Of a stretch of DNA of 64,000 nt, positions 11,422 to 23,496 are shown in pieces. The position numbers were made by a program, and so were the translations under genes. Below the pieces are notes generated by a model. It worked only from the letters and a program-made list of their open reading frames with translations, did not search any database and was not told the origin of the DNA. Source of the stretch: Oikopleura dioica (Eukaryota > Animalia > Chordata); contig OU015569.1 of the NCBI GenBank assembly GCA_907165135.1, forward strand, positions 7,502,001-7,566,000. Direction: 5' to 3'. The number at the start of each line of letters is the position of its first letter. The stretch's first letter is position 1.

Positions 11422-14400
11422 TCAGTCAACCTGATCTCTCAGTTCAGCCCAAACGGCGGAATTTTTGGCCAGTTTCAGGTTGTCCAAAACGCCCTCTTCG
11501 TCATGAAAGTGAATAGCAATCGTCTCCATCCAAGCGTTGTCTGTTGCCCTTACATCATCAACCATTCCTGGGAAATGGTTAGTATCCACTTATAAACACC
11601 TCTCACCTTTATGAATAACATCTGCATCAGTGTAATTGAAGAATTTATTGAGCACCTCCTCTGTTGCTTTGTCTTGCTTCCCGAAAACCTTCTCCTCCAT
11701 GATCCGCGAAATGCATGCCCCTGACACGAAGACTCGGTCATCTTCTGCGGCTTCAAACTCGAATTGCCTAACCATCCCTCCTGGAAGACAATTTAGAAAT
11801 ATTCGAATGGTGTAAAACTGGAACCTGGAATGGCCCATTCGCCGGTGTTCCGCTGGACGGCGACCCATTCCAACACACTTGTTGCTCCCTTCCTCCACCT
11901 TGTTATGATTGGATCGACTGCATGGTTTGGTCCCCAGTTTGGCAATTCTCCTAAGTATACACTTTAAAGAAGAGACGGCTGAAAGGGCACGATCTAAGCC
12001 AGTTTAAAGTAAGAGATTTTTAAGCGCGTAAATGCGCAATGAGTCGATCTAAGCTGCGTTTACTGACCTCTTCCTGAGATTCCTGTTCGCCCGATCCGAT
12101 TTCGCGGTAAGTTGTCGTATATTTCGAAATCGCCGTCGTGCGACTTGCGATTTATTCCGCTTTCGCGACTGAACTCGTTGAATGGAAGGGATTCAAGACT
12201 CTTCTTGTCTGAAGGGTCAGCCCAGGAAGCTGTTCCACGGATCATTACTTCATTATTTCAAAAATGGATTCATCAATAATAAATTTTCATCATCTTAAAC
12301 TTTAAAGCTTTATCCAATCCTTTTAGAATACTTTCTTCGGTGAACTCTCGTGGCTTGTAGTCATTGAAAGTAACGTCCCAACTTAATTAGTGTATTATTG
12401 GATGACAGTGCTGAAAAATGACAATGAAATTATTCTTACTTGTATCTGTTTGGTGGGAGAATAAATCGCCTAATGGATGTGTTTCCATACATTTTCTGGC
12501 GCGATTTAGGCCAGCGCCCGGTCGTTGAAATATTTAGTTTCTCCAAACTGTCTATAGAGTCTTCGTTGATGCCCGTCATCTCACGAAGACTCGAGTTACG
12601 GCGAATTCCTACGAAATACATCAGAAGAGAAACTGACACTGTGGCTTACCGTTAGTCGTTATTTGCCCACTGTTAAGTCTATTGTAATTTTGCATATTTT
12701 CCATGGCCCTTTGAAACTTTGCTTGCAAGTCTGATTGTTTTCGGAGAATGGTATCGCACGATTCCATGTATTCAGTCAGTCTCTCTAAGCGCGACTCTAA
12801 ATCGACTTCAAGAACGTATTCTCTGTTCCGAACAACGGTCTCTGTTGCCCATGACTCGAAGATTTTCAGCTCATCTTGCGTTGTCTCATCGTAAGATTGA
12901 TTCTCGACCACAAGTCTTGTTTCAGATAGAGGGCTGTTGGTTGATAAGTGATATGTCCGGAAAGGCCGTTTTCCTCGACGCAGACGCTTTTTAATCAGAA
13001 TCAGGAATATAAATGCATATTCTTAAGTACCTGAGCTACAGTATTGAAGTTATCTTTAACACTGTTCTGTCGACCAAAGAAGAAATTATAAAGGTATCTC
13101 AGACCGCTGTAAAAATGTCCAATAATAATCAGAGGAGGAGCCAGTGGGGGTCTGTAGTAATATTCCCTTATGTATGTGTATCGATAAAATTTCCAAATTT
13201 TCTGCGAGTTTGCTTGAATTTTCTCAAATGTGTTTGAAAACAAGGCAATCAGCAGATTGATGAGCAATACGTTCACCATGAGCATGTAGACCCAATTCAT
13301 TATATCAACCGTGAAATGCTGCCTTGGGCATCGCTCAGGATCATCTAGGCCTGTTATGTTCACAAAACAGTTATCGCCATCTGTCGGTTTGTCTTCGAAG
13401 CTAAAAATATTGTCACACTTTCGCTTCGTATTTAATCAATACCTGTATGTCGTTCGCTCTCCTATGAATACTTCGCCGAATATTTGAAAGCATGGTGTAA
13501 AAAGTACGTTATAAATGATTTCACTGACTCGCCACTCGTTTGGATATAGAATTGCAGTTGACCCGATCCCATACGATAAAATAAATATGGCTAAGATGTA
13601 AATAAATTCCAACATGTCTTTGAGCATCGTCGTGACCATCAAAACTCTAAATCGACGTTAGTTCATTCCAAATTATTGCATTTGAAATAACCGTGGACCA
13701 AGTCTTCTGGAAATCGAGTAGAAGTTCATTGTTCGCAAGCACAAGGTGATAAAGCTGAAAGAATACAAAATGTGTCCATGAAAGAAATCGCCATCAGTTA
13801 TCGAAGGACAGTTATCCTTTTGGATGTGGAATGATCGCTCGTCTTTGAATTTTACTCCGACGCCGATGAAAAAGGAAATATACGCTAGGCAGTCCATTTT
13901 GTTGTAAAGATCGGAGAACCATGTCTTCAGTTTGTCTTTCTTTCCGGGCTCGTAATAAATCTTATCTTTTTAGTGATAACTTCCTTACATAGACTTACTT
14001 GTCGAGCTTCTTCGATAACAAGAGTTCCGGTCCAAGCAATGAGCACCCATTCTAGCCAGTGTGGATCGTAACAAAAGCGTGACAGAATAACTGCGGCAAA
14101 GACGAAAAGATAAACGAAGAAAAATACAATATTGTAGACGAAAACTGAGAACGGAGCTTGAAATGTCCAGAGATATTTTCGCCGCCAGGATATTTGTTCG
14201 TCTTTTGCAGAAAGGTCGAATGTTATAATTCGAGCTGGAAGAAATGGCAAAAATGGCAGAGCAAGACAAATAAGAACTTGTCGATATGGCTGGTCGAGAT
14301 GAATATTTCCTCGCCAGATCATAGATAACAGTTCCTGTACTCCAACAAGAGCCACGAAATCACGACACTTGCCACTCACTGCTAATTCTAAGCATGTTGA

Positions 14401-17090
14401 GTTTCCCCAACTTGGTTGAACGCGACTCAAAAGCTTGTATGACTAGTACGGGCTAAAAATCTGATGGGTTTTGAATTAGTAATCCTTATCTTTTTTAATT
14501 TTAGCCATGCCTTGCTCCTGTCGTTTTTGTAGGACTCAAGGAATACATCGACAGCTAATTGCTGGTACTCGTGGGACTCTTGAGTGTACCGCTGCACGAC
14601 ATCTGTATCTCTATCGTCGAGTTTGGAAGCTCTTTTAGAAAGAACGGATGCAGCGAGAGCAAAAGTCAACCCCTCACTTGAATTGGACCAAATAACTCGC
14701 GCCATTTCAACTCGTTTAAATATAAGGCACCAAAGAAACAAGTCTCGAAATGGGTCCAAGCATTGATCTTCTAATATTGAGTATTCGACGGCTCTTCTTT
14801 CATAAATGGAATTCCAAGCCTTGCCTAATAGTTTGCTCTCGCAATAAGCAAGATTATCAAACAAGAACAACTTGCGTGGCATCGCTGAAGTTCTCTTGAA
14901 GTCAAGGACATTCGAGCCATTATTATTGTTGTTGAATTCAGTGAGGCTTTTTATCCAACGGTTAAATTTATCATAGTCTTCTCCTACAATGTTCTTCTTC
15001 AAGCAAAGTTCATAAAAGAACGACCTTCCTCCTGTGGAAGAAAAATCCTGTTCGAGCCCCTTGACATACATCTCCACGAGTCTCTTGTTCGTCATAAAAG
15101 AACTGATGTTGATATATGACGAGTCTACGAGTAATTTAACAAAGTCAACTCTATTTCCAAGAAGAGCTTCCATCATCAGTTCATTTGCTTCAGAGTCCTT
15201 TATGTTTTCAGTCGACTTCGCGATGCGATCCTTCGCGAGCTCAATTTGATTTAGACGCATGCAGAGTTTTATTTGTTGAATAAGATCATCTTTCTGAAGA
15301 TTATTCATCAACGCTCCAAGAATCGAGTGCTCTAATCGAGTGCTTCTTTGATTGTGGTAGAATACTTCGATGAGGTCTTGCTGTGAAAGTACAATCTGAA
15401 AAAAGTGATGTTCATGGGTCATGTTGAAAAGGGCACCTGGAGATTTTCTTCCCACTGCCTGGTCTCTTCTGAATCTTTCGTTTTTATATCAATTTTACGG
15501 AGCCATTCGTGTACTTTCTGCGAGTCAATTTTTTCGAGTGCTTTGTATACTTCATTCATCTCTGATTCGGAGTTCAAGACAGACTCGTCACGGGCACCTT
15601 TTTCGACGAGGAACTCTATGCCAAGACGAATAAGATCAGCCACACCGCCTGATTCAGCGACGACAACACAAGGAATCGACTCACAGAGCATCTCTTTGAC
15701 AGCAAGAAGAGTCCCTAGTTTTCCATTGAAGACAACGCTGATAGTCTGTACATTTTTGGATCCTTGCCGAGGATTAAGAATAGTAAGAGAAAATAAAAAA
15801 AAAACAAAAATTATCTAAATCCTCAGCCTGCTCCACCGCCTTCAGCATTTATGTAGGTCCCGAAAGCCCTTCGAAACTCAAATGTTGACCAGGAATCGAG
15901 TTTTTCTCCTTTGTCTTCACCCTCCACAGCGAGTAAAAATTTGTGATTTGGGTCGAGTGCATGGACGCCTGGTTTTCTTTGCTCAGCTTTATTCGTATTT
16001 ATTTCGATTGGCTTCAAACTGTTCACTGGATTAAGATCAAGCAGGTGATTATCAGGTATCTCGTTCATATTCATGATGCCTATAACTGGCACCGAGTCAC
16101 TATAGGCTGAGCTATACTGTCTTCTCGCTTTGCCGACTTCTTTCATGACTCCAACGTTTAGTCCCCCTGAGACGATCCAAGCCCCTGTGTGCGCCGCCGA
16201 TTCATATAATCCTCTTCTGAACGCGTCCAACAGTGATCCTTGGATCCCGTTGATCAGGTGCGCTGAGCCCGTCACAGAAATAAGCAGGGTTGGCCTCGGA
16301 ATACCCCAATGTTTCAGTAGAAGTTCGTTGTACACACGGCTCATCTTCGAGTCATGCCCCAGCAGGGCGAAATGCGCGAACTGTTGCGAATCACCTTTGA
16401 ACACAACTCGCCCGAATGCTTTCCTTCCTGATTTAAAGTTTTTGTACCAGCGAAGAGCCTCATTTGAATCTTCCTGGCGAATTTTTCTAACATCCTTTTT
16501 AGAGATCAATAAAGCGAATTCAAATTCGGCGGGGACTTTTTTCTAGCCTGCGGCGATTATACAAATAATTCCGATCCCGTTTTCCTGTTCTTTCTTCTGT
16601 ATCTCTTCGATAAAAGTTCTTGGGCCTCCGTTGCGATTTGAATACTGTCTCTGAAACCTCATAGGGTCCCAACCCCTTATCCGGTCTCTTTTTCTTTCAA
16701 TATGTCTGCGCATAACTCATTCTCCCACAAAAATTCTTTTGAGAAAGAAATCCTATTGGTACGTAAAAGGACGCATTTCTGCGTTGCTGAATTTCCGGAG
16801 AATCATAAGGAATGGATTCAAATCGCTTCCTAATGGGCTCGTCGGTCGAGGACTTGGAAATGTTTCGGCATCATGAGTGTGCAACTGCCGGTTGCGAACG
16901 GACTTCCTCATCGCAGCAGGAGAGCTCATCTCTAGAGGTCATGGATGACCGGACCAGGGGTGTGGATTTGGGCACATTCTTTATTCTCCAGTTGCTCGTT
17001 ACTTAGCATTCGCCTTTGTTCCAGCGGCTCGTGTTTGACGATCAGTGCAGACAATGAATCCACCGTCTTCTGTATGGCTTCTTTGGTCAT
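11422..17090 (-). CDS. TRPM2: TRPM2-like cation channel with C-terminal NUDT9-H domain
   Basis: MHR/SLOG ([14 protein letters not shown]...[18 protein letters not shown]); [10 protein letters not shown]; [10 protein letters not shown]; S2 IEEARQ and S3 YNKMD Ca2+ site; pore FQIFGEVF; S6 [13 protein letters not shown]; NUDT9-[10 protein letters not shown]|[18 protein letters not shown] and TDNAWMET. The start at 17090 is inferred. Confidence 0.95.
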
Positions 17091-17967
17091 CGTAACAAAA
17101 GGGATCTAATTATTAGAATGTGTTTAAAGAATGAGTAAATTTCAGAATTCGTTTTTAGGGAAGGAATTTCGTCTCATCGCATTAAAAAACGAGCTTGTGA
17201 CGTTGGTTATAATTAATTATTTGGGGAAAAGCGTATGGTATATTTATGGATCAGATCAAGCGTAATTATCTGGGAAAGAGCATACACGCATCTTCTGTTT
17301 ATTCGATCAGACTTTCATCGAGTTCTTTGAAGAAAGGCACCGATCCGTTGCCAAAAAAGCTTGTGATTAGTGACGTTCTCAGTCTTTCCCATGATTATTT
17401 CAACACTCCGTAACAAAGGATTTTGTAATTAATTCGCAAGCACGAGTAGTCCAAATCGAGGGCATTTATAACTTAACTGTCGTTTTGCGATGAAAGTTGA
17501 ATTTTACGTACGAGTCTCCGGAAAGGCTAATTTTCAAGTTACGAAGCTCAAGCTGTCCACTGGGGCGGTGAGGTACCCGCAAAATGTCTCGGGCCTTCGG
17601 AAAGGGACTTTGAACAAAAAGAAACACGTGGGCCACTTCGAACACTTCTCATTCCTGTGTAAGAAGTTGAATTTCTAATAAAGACACTGCTTCTACTCTG
17701 CGAAGCCGTGTCTCTGTAGCTCATTTTCACGGCACAGATCTTTTTTATCATCCCTTTGGAATACGCAGTGTATGACTTTACAAAATGCTGCATTTGCCTA
17801 ATCACATTTGAAATGTTCTGAATGTCCTTAATCGGCAAGACCGATCCACCATGCGGTGTTCTATGCAAATAGGGGATTGTTGACAAGGAATATTTATTTG
17901 ACCTCAATCAGCCCGTCCTTAAACGATTGTTGAGCATAATCAGAATCATTTTGCTTCTTCGACTTTG

Positions 17968-19402
17968 ATGATTTTTAGGGCTGCGTTCTTGCTCGTCGGT
18001 TTTTGCGAGTCTGCCATATTTTGCCCTTTACCGGAGTCGCCGGAATATTGCACTAACTTGGAAAATGGTGTTAGTCTTAGAGATCTGCTCGCGTTCTCCT
18101 TGCAAGCTGTCAACGATGGTGGAAATGTTCTTCGAACGACTAGAGAAAACAATGACTTGAAAGTGTGCAGGGCTAAATTTATTTATATTTGTTCAACGAC
18201 CGCAAGACAATATTTTACATAGAAGTTAGCCCTCATAAGTCACTGTCAAATCTGATTCGAGCCCAGTAACTTATGCTGACGAGGAGTCCAATAGAAGAAT
18301 AACGGCTTATTTCAAAGCACATTTCCCAAGTGTTACTGTCATTTCCGAGGAAGCTACCCAAACTAGTCCCTCCGAGTTCACGCCTCGCTCCAAGGAATCG
18401 TTTTCCAGACATTTTATTTTGCTTTTTTTCTTTTAAAAATTTGATTGAAAAACCCTTGCAAAGCCTTTCCGTCGATTTACGCGTGTGGCTGGAAAATTCC
18501 TTCCAACTGACGTACCACGTAAGTTTGCCGCATCCGGATTCCAATTTTCATTCCATTGCTTGAAAACATTCGAATCCGATTGCCTCAGTTATTCCTGTTG
18601 CTAGCAACCATATATTTAAGTTAATGCATCATCCCTCACGATTTGGATCGACCCGCTTGATGCAACCAAGGAGTATATAGAAGGATTGACACAATATACG
18701 ACCGTCATGATTGGCATTGCCGTCGATGGCACTCCAGTTGCTGGAATTATTCATAAACCCTTCCTCGTTGAAACCGTTGTTGGCGTCAATCTACCTGGAT
18801 TTAGGTAAGGAGAAGCTTTCAATATGAGTGTCAAACGTTCCTAGCAAATCTGTTCGTATAGTTGGACAAAAAGCTCCCAACAGAAAGACGCCTCCATACA
18901 AAATCATGCACTCACGATCACATGTTACTTTAGGTAAGCTGAAATACAGTTATACAATTTTGGATGTTGTATTTTGAGTTGCTTTATTAAGATGCTGTGA
19001 AATCTGCATTTAAAGCAGTTTGCGAAATTCCTGTCGTATATCGGACACCGACCCAGACAAATGTCCGTATCGGTCGGAGATTTTATACTGGCTGGGAATA
19101 CACTCCTGCTGGGGGTCTGGCTTCAAATCTCTCGAATTAATTCATTCTCGTGCATTCTACTACATTCATCCCTCGATAATAAAGCTTTGGGACTTGTGTG
19201 CCCCAGCAGGTAACTTCATTTATCCTCAGCAACCATGAAAATCTAAACTTGTGTTTCAAAAGCTATTCTTGCTGCCAGTGGAGGTGCTTTGCTCGACCTA
19301 CAACTCAACGAAATCGACTTCAGTAAAGACCAAAATCCTGTTCATAAAGGCGGGGTATTTGCTCAAGCTTTTCATACGAAAAGAACTTGCTTAGAACTTT
19401 GA
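17968..19402 (+). CDS. BPNT2: Golgi-type 3'(2'),5'-bisphosphate nucleotidase (IMPAD1/BPNT2-like)
   Basis: N-terminal hydrophobic anchor; [20 protein letters not shown]; [10 protein letters not shown]; VISEE; [11 protein letters not shown]; [17 protein letters not shown]; KLWDLCAP|AAILAASGG. Confidence 0.9.
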
Positions 19403-19814
19403 TAAATTTCTTGACAAGTGAATATGTGCTACTGCCAATACAGTTCTATGTATTCTAGTTAATACGTCTGTCAATACAGTACATTCCTATCAGTTTTTTC
19501 GAATATATTTTTGACGAAAAAATAGTATCAGAAGTGTCTCAGCGCGAATTGCTGCTGTTATAAAAATGATTGTCGTAATCCACTCAGCGCTTGAGTCTGT
19601 TTTGGCCATGAATTCACGAAATTGGCTAGCTCGAGCAGCTAATTACGTTTCCGTAAAGACCGGTGAAAACTTATCGAAGAAAAAGAAGTGGATGAAAATG
19701 GCTATAGATACTAGAAAAGGTTGAATTAATGCCAATAATAAGGTGGTAGGTAAATGGAAGATTGAAATAGGCACCAAAGTGAGCAGATAAATGAAGATGC
19801 AGTTGTTCTTTTTG

Positions 19815-20211
19815 TCATATCAAGGCGGCATGTTGATTATTGCAAACTGCGATTTGCAATTCGTCTGTGAGTTCGTTAACTTCAATTATCGTCGCATCAT
19901 GTGTTCTGTGTAGTACTGAAAAGATGAAAATCAGTCTTTGACTAGTTGAAGTATTTTTTTACCCTTCTCTTCATGTCCTTGAAGGGGAGAAATTCTTTCT
20001 TCGAGAACTGAGACCCGAGAACACTTCGTCTGATCAATTCTTTGCTGTGGTGGGAAAAGCTTCGGTTGCGGTGTGCCCTGTAGCCGATGACTGATCGGCG
20101 TGTGCGAAGGAGCGGCGTTTCAATTTCTTGTACTCTGTTTGAGGTCGTCGAGGTCGTCGAAACGGCGGGATAGGCAGCAGCCAATTGAACAAGAATCGTC
20201 AAAAGCAGCAT
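19815..20211 (-). CDS. Small secreted precursor (about 120 aa) with multibasic sites
   Basis: Signal peptide MLLLTILVQLAAA, Thr/Ser stretch, RTRR, RR and KRR sites. A GT-AG intron after MKRR joins a second exon VLHRTHDATIIEVNELTDELQIAVCNNQHAALI*. Confidence 0.6.
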
Positions 20212-20816
20212 GCTTTAGTTTCGTTTTTAAATTATATATGAGTATTTAACTTGTTTCGGCTATTAAAAAGTGCTTACATTCGGCGAGTCTAGTGCGCCAC
20301 TACCGGCAGATAGTGCGCGGGAGCTGCGTTCCTAAACACATTGCTAGAACGAAACCGTTCTGCGGCTTCATCATGCGATGATTGATCACTCTCAAACTAG
20401 TTTAACTCGATTTCAGTAGCCGTTCATAAGAATTAGGCGGTAACACCGCGTTTATCGTGTCTCCTTCAGCTCTTCACTGTTTTATTTTCGATTTGAAATC
20501 TGAATTGAAGATCGGCTCAGTTTCGCTTTTATAGGAGCTTTCGTTAGTGCCAATCATAAGATATCAAGTTGCGGCTAATTGCTCCGGAGCTGGTCAGATG
20601 TTCCCGCCTGAACCACGAACTCGCCAATGCGCCATCCAATTTCTTTAAGATTTTGGACGAGTAGCGGCTTTTCGAGAAAACATAACCCCTTTTACAATTT
20701 TCTTCGTAGGAATCACCATTCAATTAGGTGAATAACGAGTGAATAAGGTTTCAAAAATATCACCAGTTCTGTATTTGATTGATCTTTTGAGTCCTTTAGA
20801 GAACACGTGTGCTTCT

Positions 20817-21941
20817 TTAAACCGAAACATGTGAGAAGTTGAATAAACGTTGCAAAGCAGAGCTGATATTTTTATGTTCGAAAGTACGATGATTTATAGT
20901 GTCTGTTGTGATGTCTGTCCCAAAAATATGATCGTTTAATTGACTGGCACCGAAAACGAGAGCAGTTTCTTTATCAACTCTGGATAACGCACCTCAGTTT
21001 GTAAATTTGGAAGATTCTCTTGTGATCTTGGAACTTGGATGATTTCAAAAAACTTTTGTGGGGCCGGAAATTGTAAAAACTGCAAGTGCAGTTTTCTTCA
21101 GCTCGTCAAGACGAGTCGAATGATGGGTCTAAATCCTGATAACTCTAAGGATTTACCGGTTTACCGGCTGGTTACCGGAAAATACGTTGTCACCGGCCGT
21201 TTTCGTTCTAGAAGTGATAGACTGATGTTTGACACCGGAAATTGTTCCTTATAGTCAGTTCTCCTGCAGCCTAAAAGATGAAGGTTGTATCAATTCTCTG
21301 AAGAGAGTTATCACTAAAAACAGTAATTTTTACTAAAATTTTGTTGTTGCTGCACGTTCCTAATTTCTAGTCCCATTATCGTCAAAAATAGTAATTTAGT
21401 GATAACTCTCTTCAGATAATTGATACAACCTTCATCTTTTAGGCTGCAGGAGAACTGACTATAAGGAACAATTTCCGGTGTCAAACATCAGTCTATCACT
21501 TCTAGAACGAAAACGGCCGGTGACAACGTATTTTCCGGTAACCAGCCGGTAAACCGGTAAATCCTTAGAGTTATCAGGATTTAGACCCATCATTCGACTC
21601 GTCTTGACGAGCTGAAGAAAACTGCACTTGCAGTTTTTACGATTTCCGGCCCCACAAAAGTTTTTTGAAATCATCTTGGTCAGTTGCGATCTTGGAGAAG
21701 GCAATAATGAATTCAGTTTTGTTTCTATGATGAATTACCTGTCTCTCTGAAGCAAACTGTCAATTCGAAATCGAGCACCTCTCGTTGATAATTGATCAGA
21801 TGTAGGACTTCTTCTCTTCTTGCCACATAAAAAAGGATTATAAATGTATCGAAAGATCGCGCTGATTGCAAAATCGGTGGTCCAGAATGGAGATGATTTG
21901 CCGCATGTTATCATCGGATAAAATTGCATCTCTCTAGTCAT
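20817..21941 (-). CDS. Unidentified spliced gene fragment apparently interrupted by the foldback element
   Basis: Removing 21038-21675 plus one TTG gives an open frame flanked by 48-nt (21691-21738) and 49-nt (20944-20992) GT-AG introns with matching phases. No family was recognised. Confidence 0.35.
21038..21675. mobile_element. 638-bp foldback (palindromic) non-autonomous DNA transposon
   Basis: 281-bp arms (21038-21318 and 21395-21675) with about 2 mismatches and a 76-bp spacer. Flanking direct repeat TTG (alternatively CTTGG if the termini are 1 nt shorter). Internal TTACCGG subrepeats. Second copy at 1-166. Confidence 0.95.
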
Positions 21942-22777
21942 ATCGACAGGTGCTGATTGCTAAGCAGAATACAATGCTTTAGTTTTTACTTAACAGCTAC
22001 GTGGTCGTGAATAGGCTGAGAAATTTCCGGCAATAAACCGGGATTACGCCAAGAAAGAGTTTGATCTTCATGTTTTGAATTTCATGTGACTCAAACGACT
22101 GGCAAGTGCGCGAAAATCAACGTGCAACACTCAAGTGCGAATACAATGTTCGATGCAAATTTATACAGTTTGACAATAGCGTTAGAATGTTTTTTTTTGC
22201 GCACAGTTCTTTTAATCTTTTAGAACTTATTAGCTATCTCTTTTTCGGAATCCAAAGTTTCATTTCCTTCAAGTCCACCGTTCCGCCAATATTTCCCAAA
22301 ATGTTGCCCATCGGATCACTTAAAGAAACTTTTGATGGAAGGACACGCAGCGTAATTGATCTCACAGAATTTGTTTGATCTCTCCTAAATCGAGGAGACC
22401 TTCTTTCGTACATCTGCGAGTGACGCCATCTTTAGTCCGTTCTTTACCGGCATTTCTATTTTCGATACATCGATTTATGACACGTTCTTATCCCTTGATT
22501 ACCGTTAATTTCTCTATCAGTTAGAGAGGTATTTTTATATATAACGATGTCATAATATTGTCACTCAAATTTGAACGAGTCTTTACAGCGAACCCATGTG
22601 GTCCCTTCTCTCACCGCCCTGGAAGGCATCTAAATTCACTATCAATGTTTGTTTATACAGCTTGATATTCTACGCTTGATAATTCTACGCTGTGAACATC
22701 ACAGTTTGAAGGTTGAATAATCTATTCCATTGACTCCATTTTCCGAGTTTTCACGCTCCTTTTATCGTTACGAAAAA

Positions 22778-22803
22778 TAGGGTTAGGGTTAGCCAGCCCT
22801 AAA
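22778..22803 (+). repeat. Short telomere-like TTAGGG dimer with adjacent CCCTAA
   Basis: tagggttagggttagccagccctaaa. Confidence 0.4.
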
Positions 22804-23496
22804 CACCAGAAAAATATACCTGAGCATCAATGATTTTTGTGAACGAATTTTAAAATCTTTCTCGGTGTATTTTGAAATTTTCGCAATCGCTTCGGAAACA
22901 TTCTTTTTCACTTCATCCTTAAATTATCAAATTAGTAGTTGGCGTAAACGACAAATTCACTGTTTCGTCGTGGAGCTTACATAGATTTCCATAGCAGACG
23001 GCCCTAACGCGCTGTTCCACTCATGCAATTCTCCACAAATGATCTTTATACGACGTATTTTGAATAGATCTATTTAAATCTATATGTCGTAAGACCGTTT
23101 TCCGGCAGCCAACGCTGTGAAGTCACCCTTTGAGCAGCTTTTTGCGTTTTCTAAAAAAAATATAAATCTCGTCGTCTAATTTGTGTACCTAAGGCATAAA
23201 CGGCTCCCGCACGATTCCCAAGAGCAACTTCAATTTTCGTCTTTCAACGGGCTTACTTATATTCTCGTTTATATTTTTGTATTATTTTTGAAAGCCAATA
23301 TAGGTGATCCAAAGGCGCGCATCTTTGCCATCTGATTTTTGAACAGCCTTTTGACATCATCAAGGGCTAAAATAACTGCAATTATTTTGCTTTTTGAGGC
23401 AGTAAGACTGGGTGTGGGTTAACGTTAATCGCTTGCATCGGCCATAAACTAAACTCATGTTAGGAGCAAAACGAAAATATTCAAAAATCAATTTTT

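Noticed and set aside
11990-12056. Direct repeat GATCTAAGC twice in a TRPM intron
   Set aside because: It is only 9-10 bp with no other element features.
13967-13981. 15-nt match (agttatcactaaaaa) to the inner arm of the foldback element in a TRPM intron
   Set aside because: It is AT-rich and short, so chance cannot be excluded.
21039-21704. Twin 71/81-aa Cys-containing ORFs (MISKNFCGAG…) on opposite strands
   Set aside because: They are artefacts of the palindrome; neither resembles a transposase.
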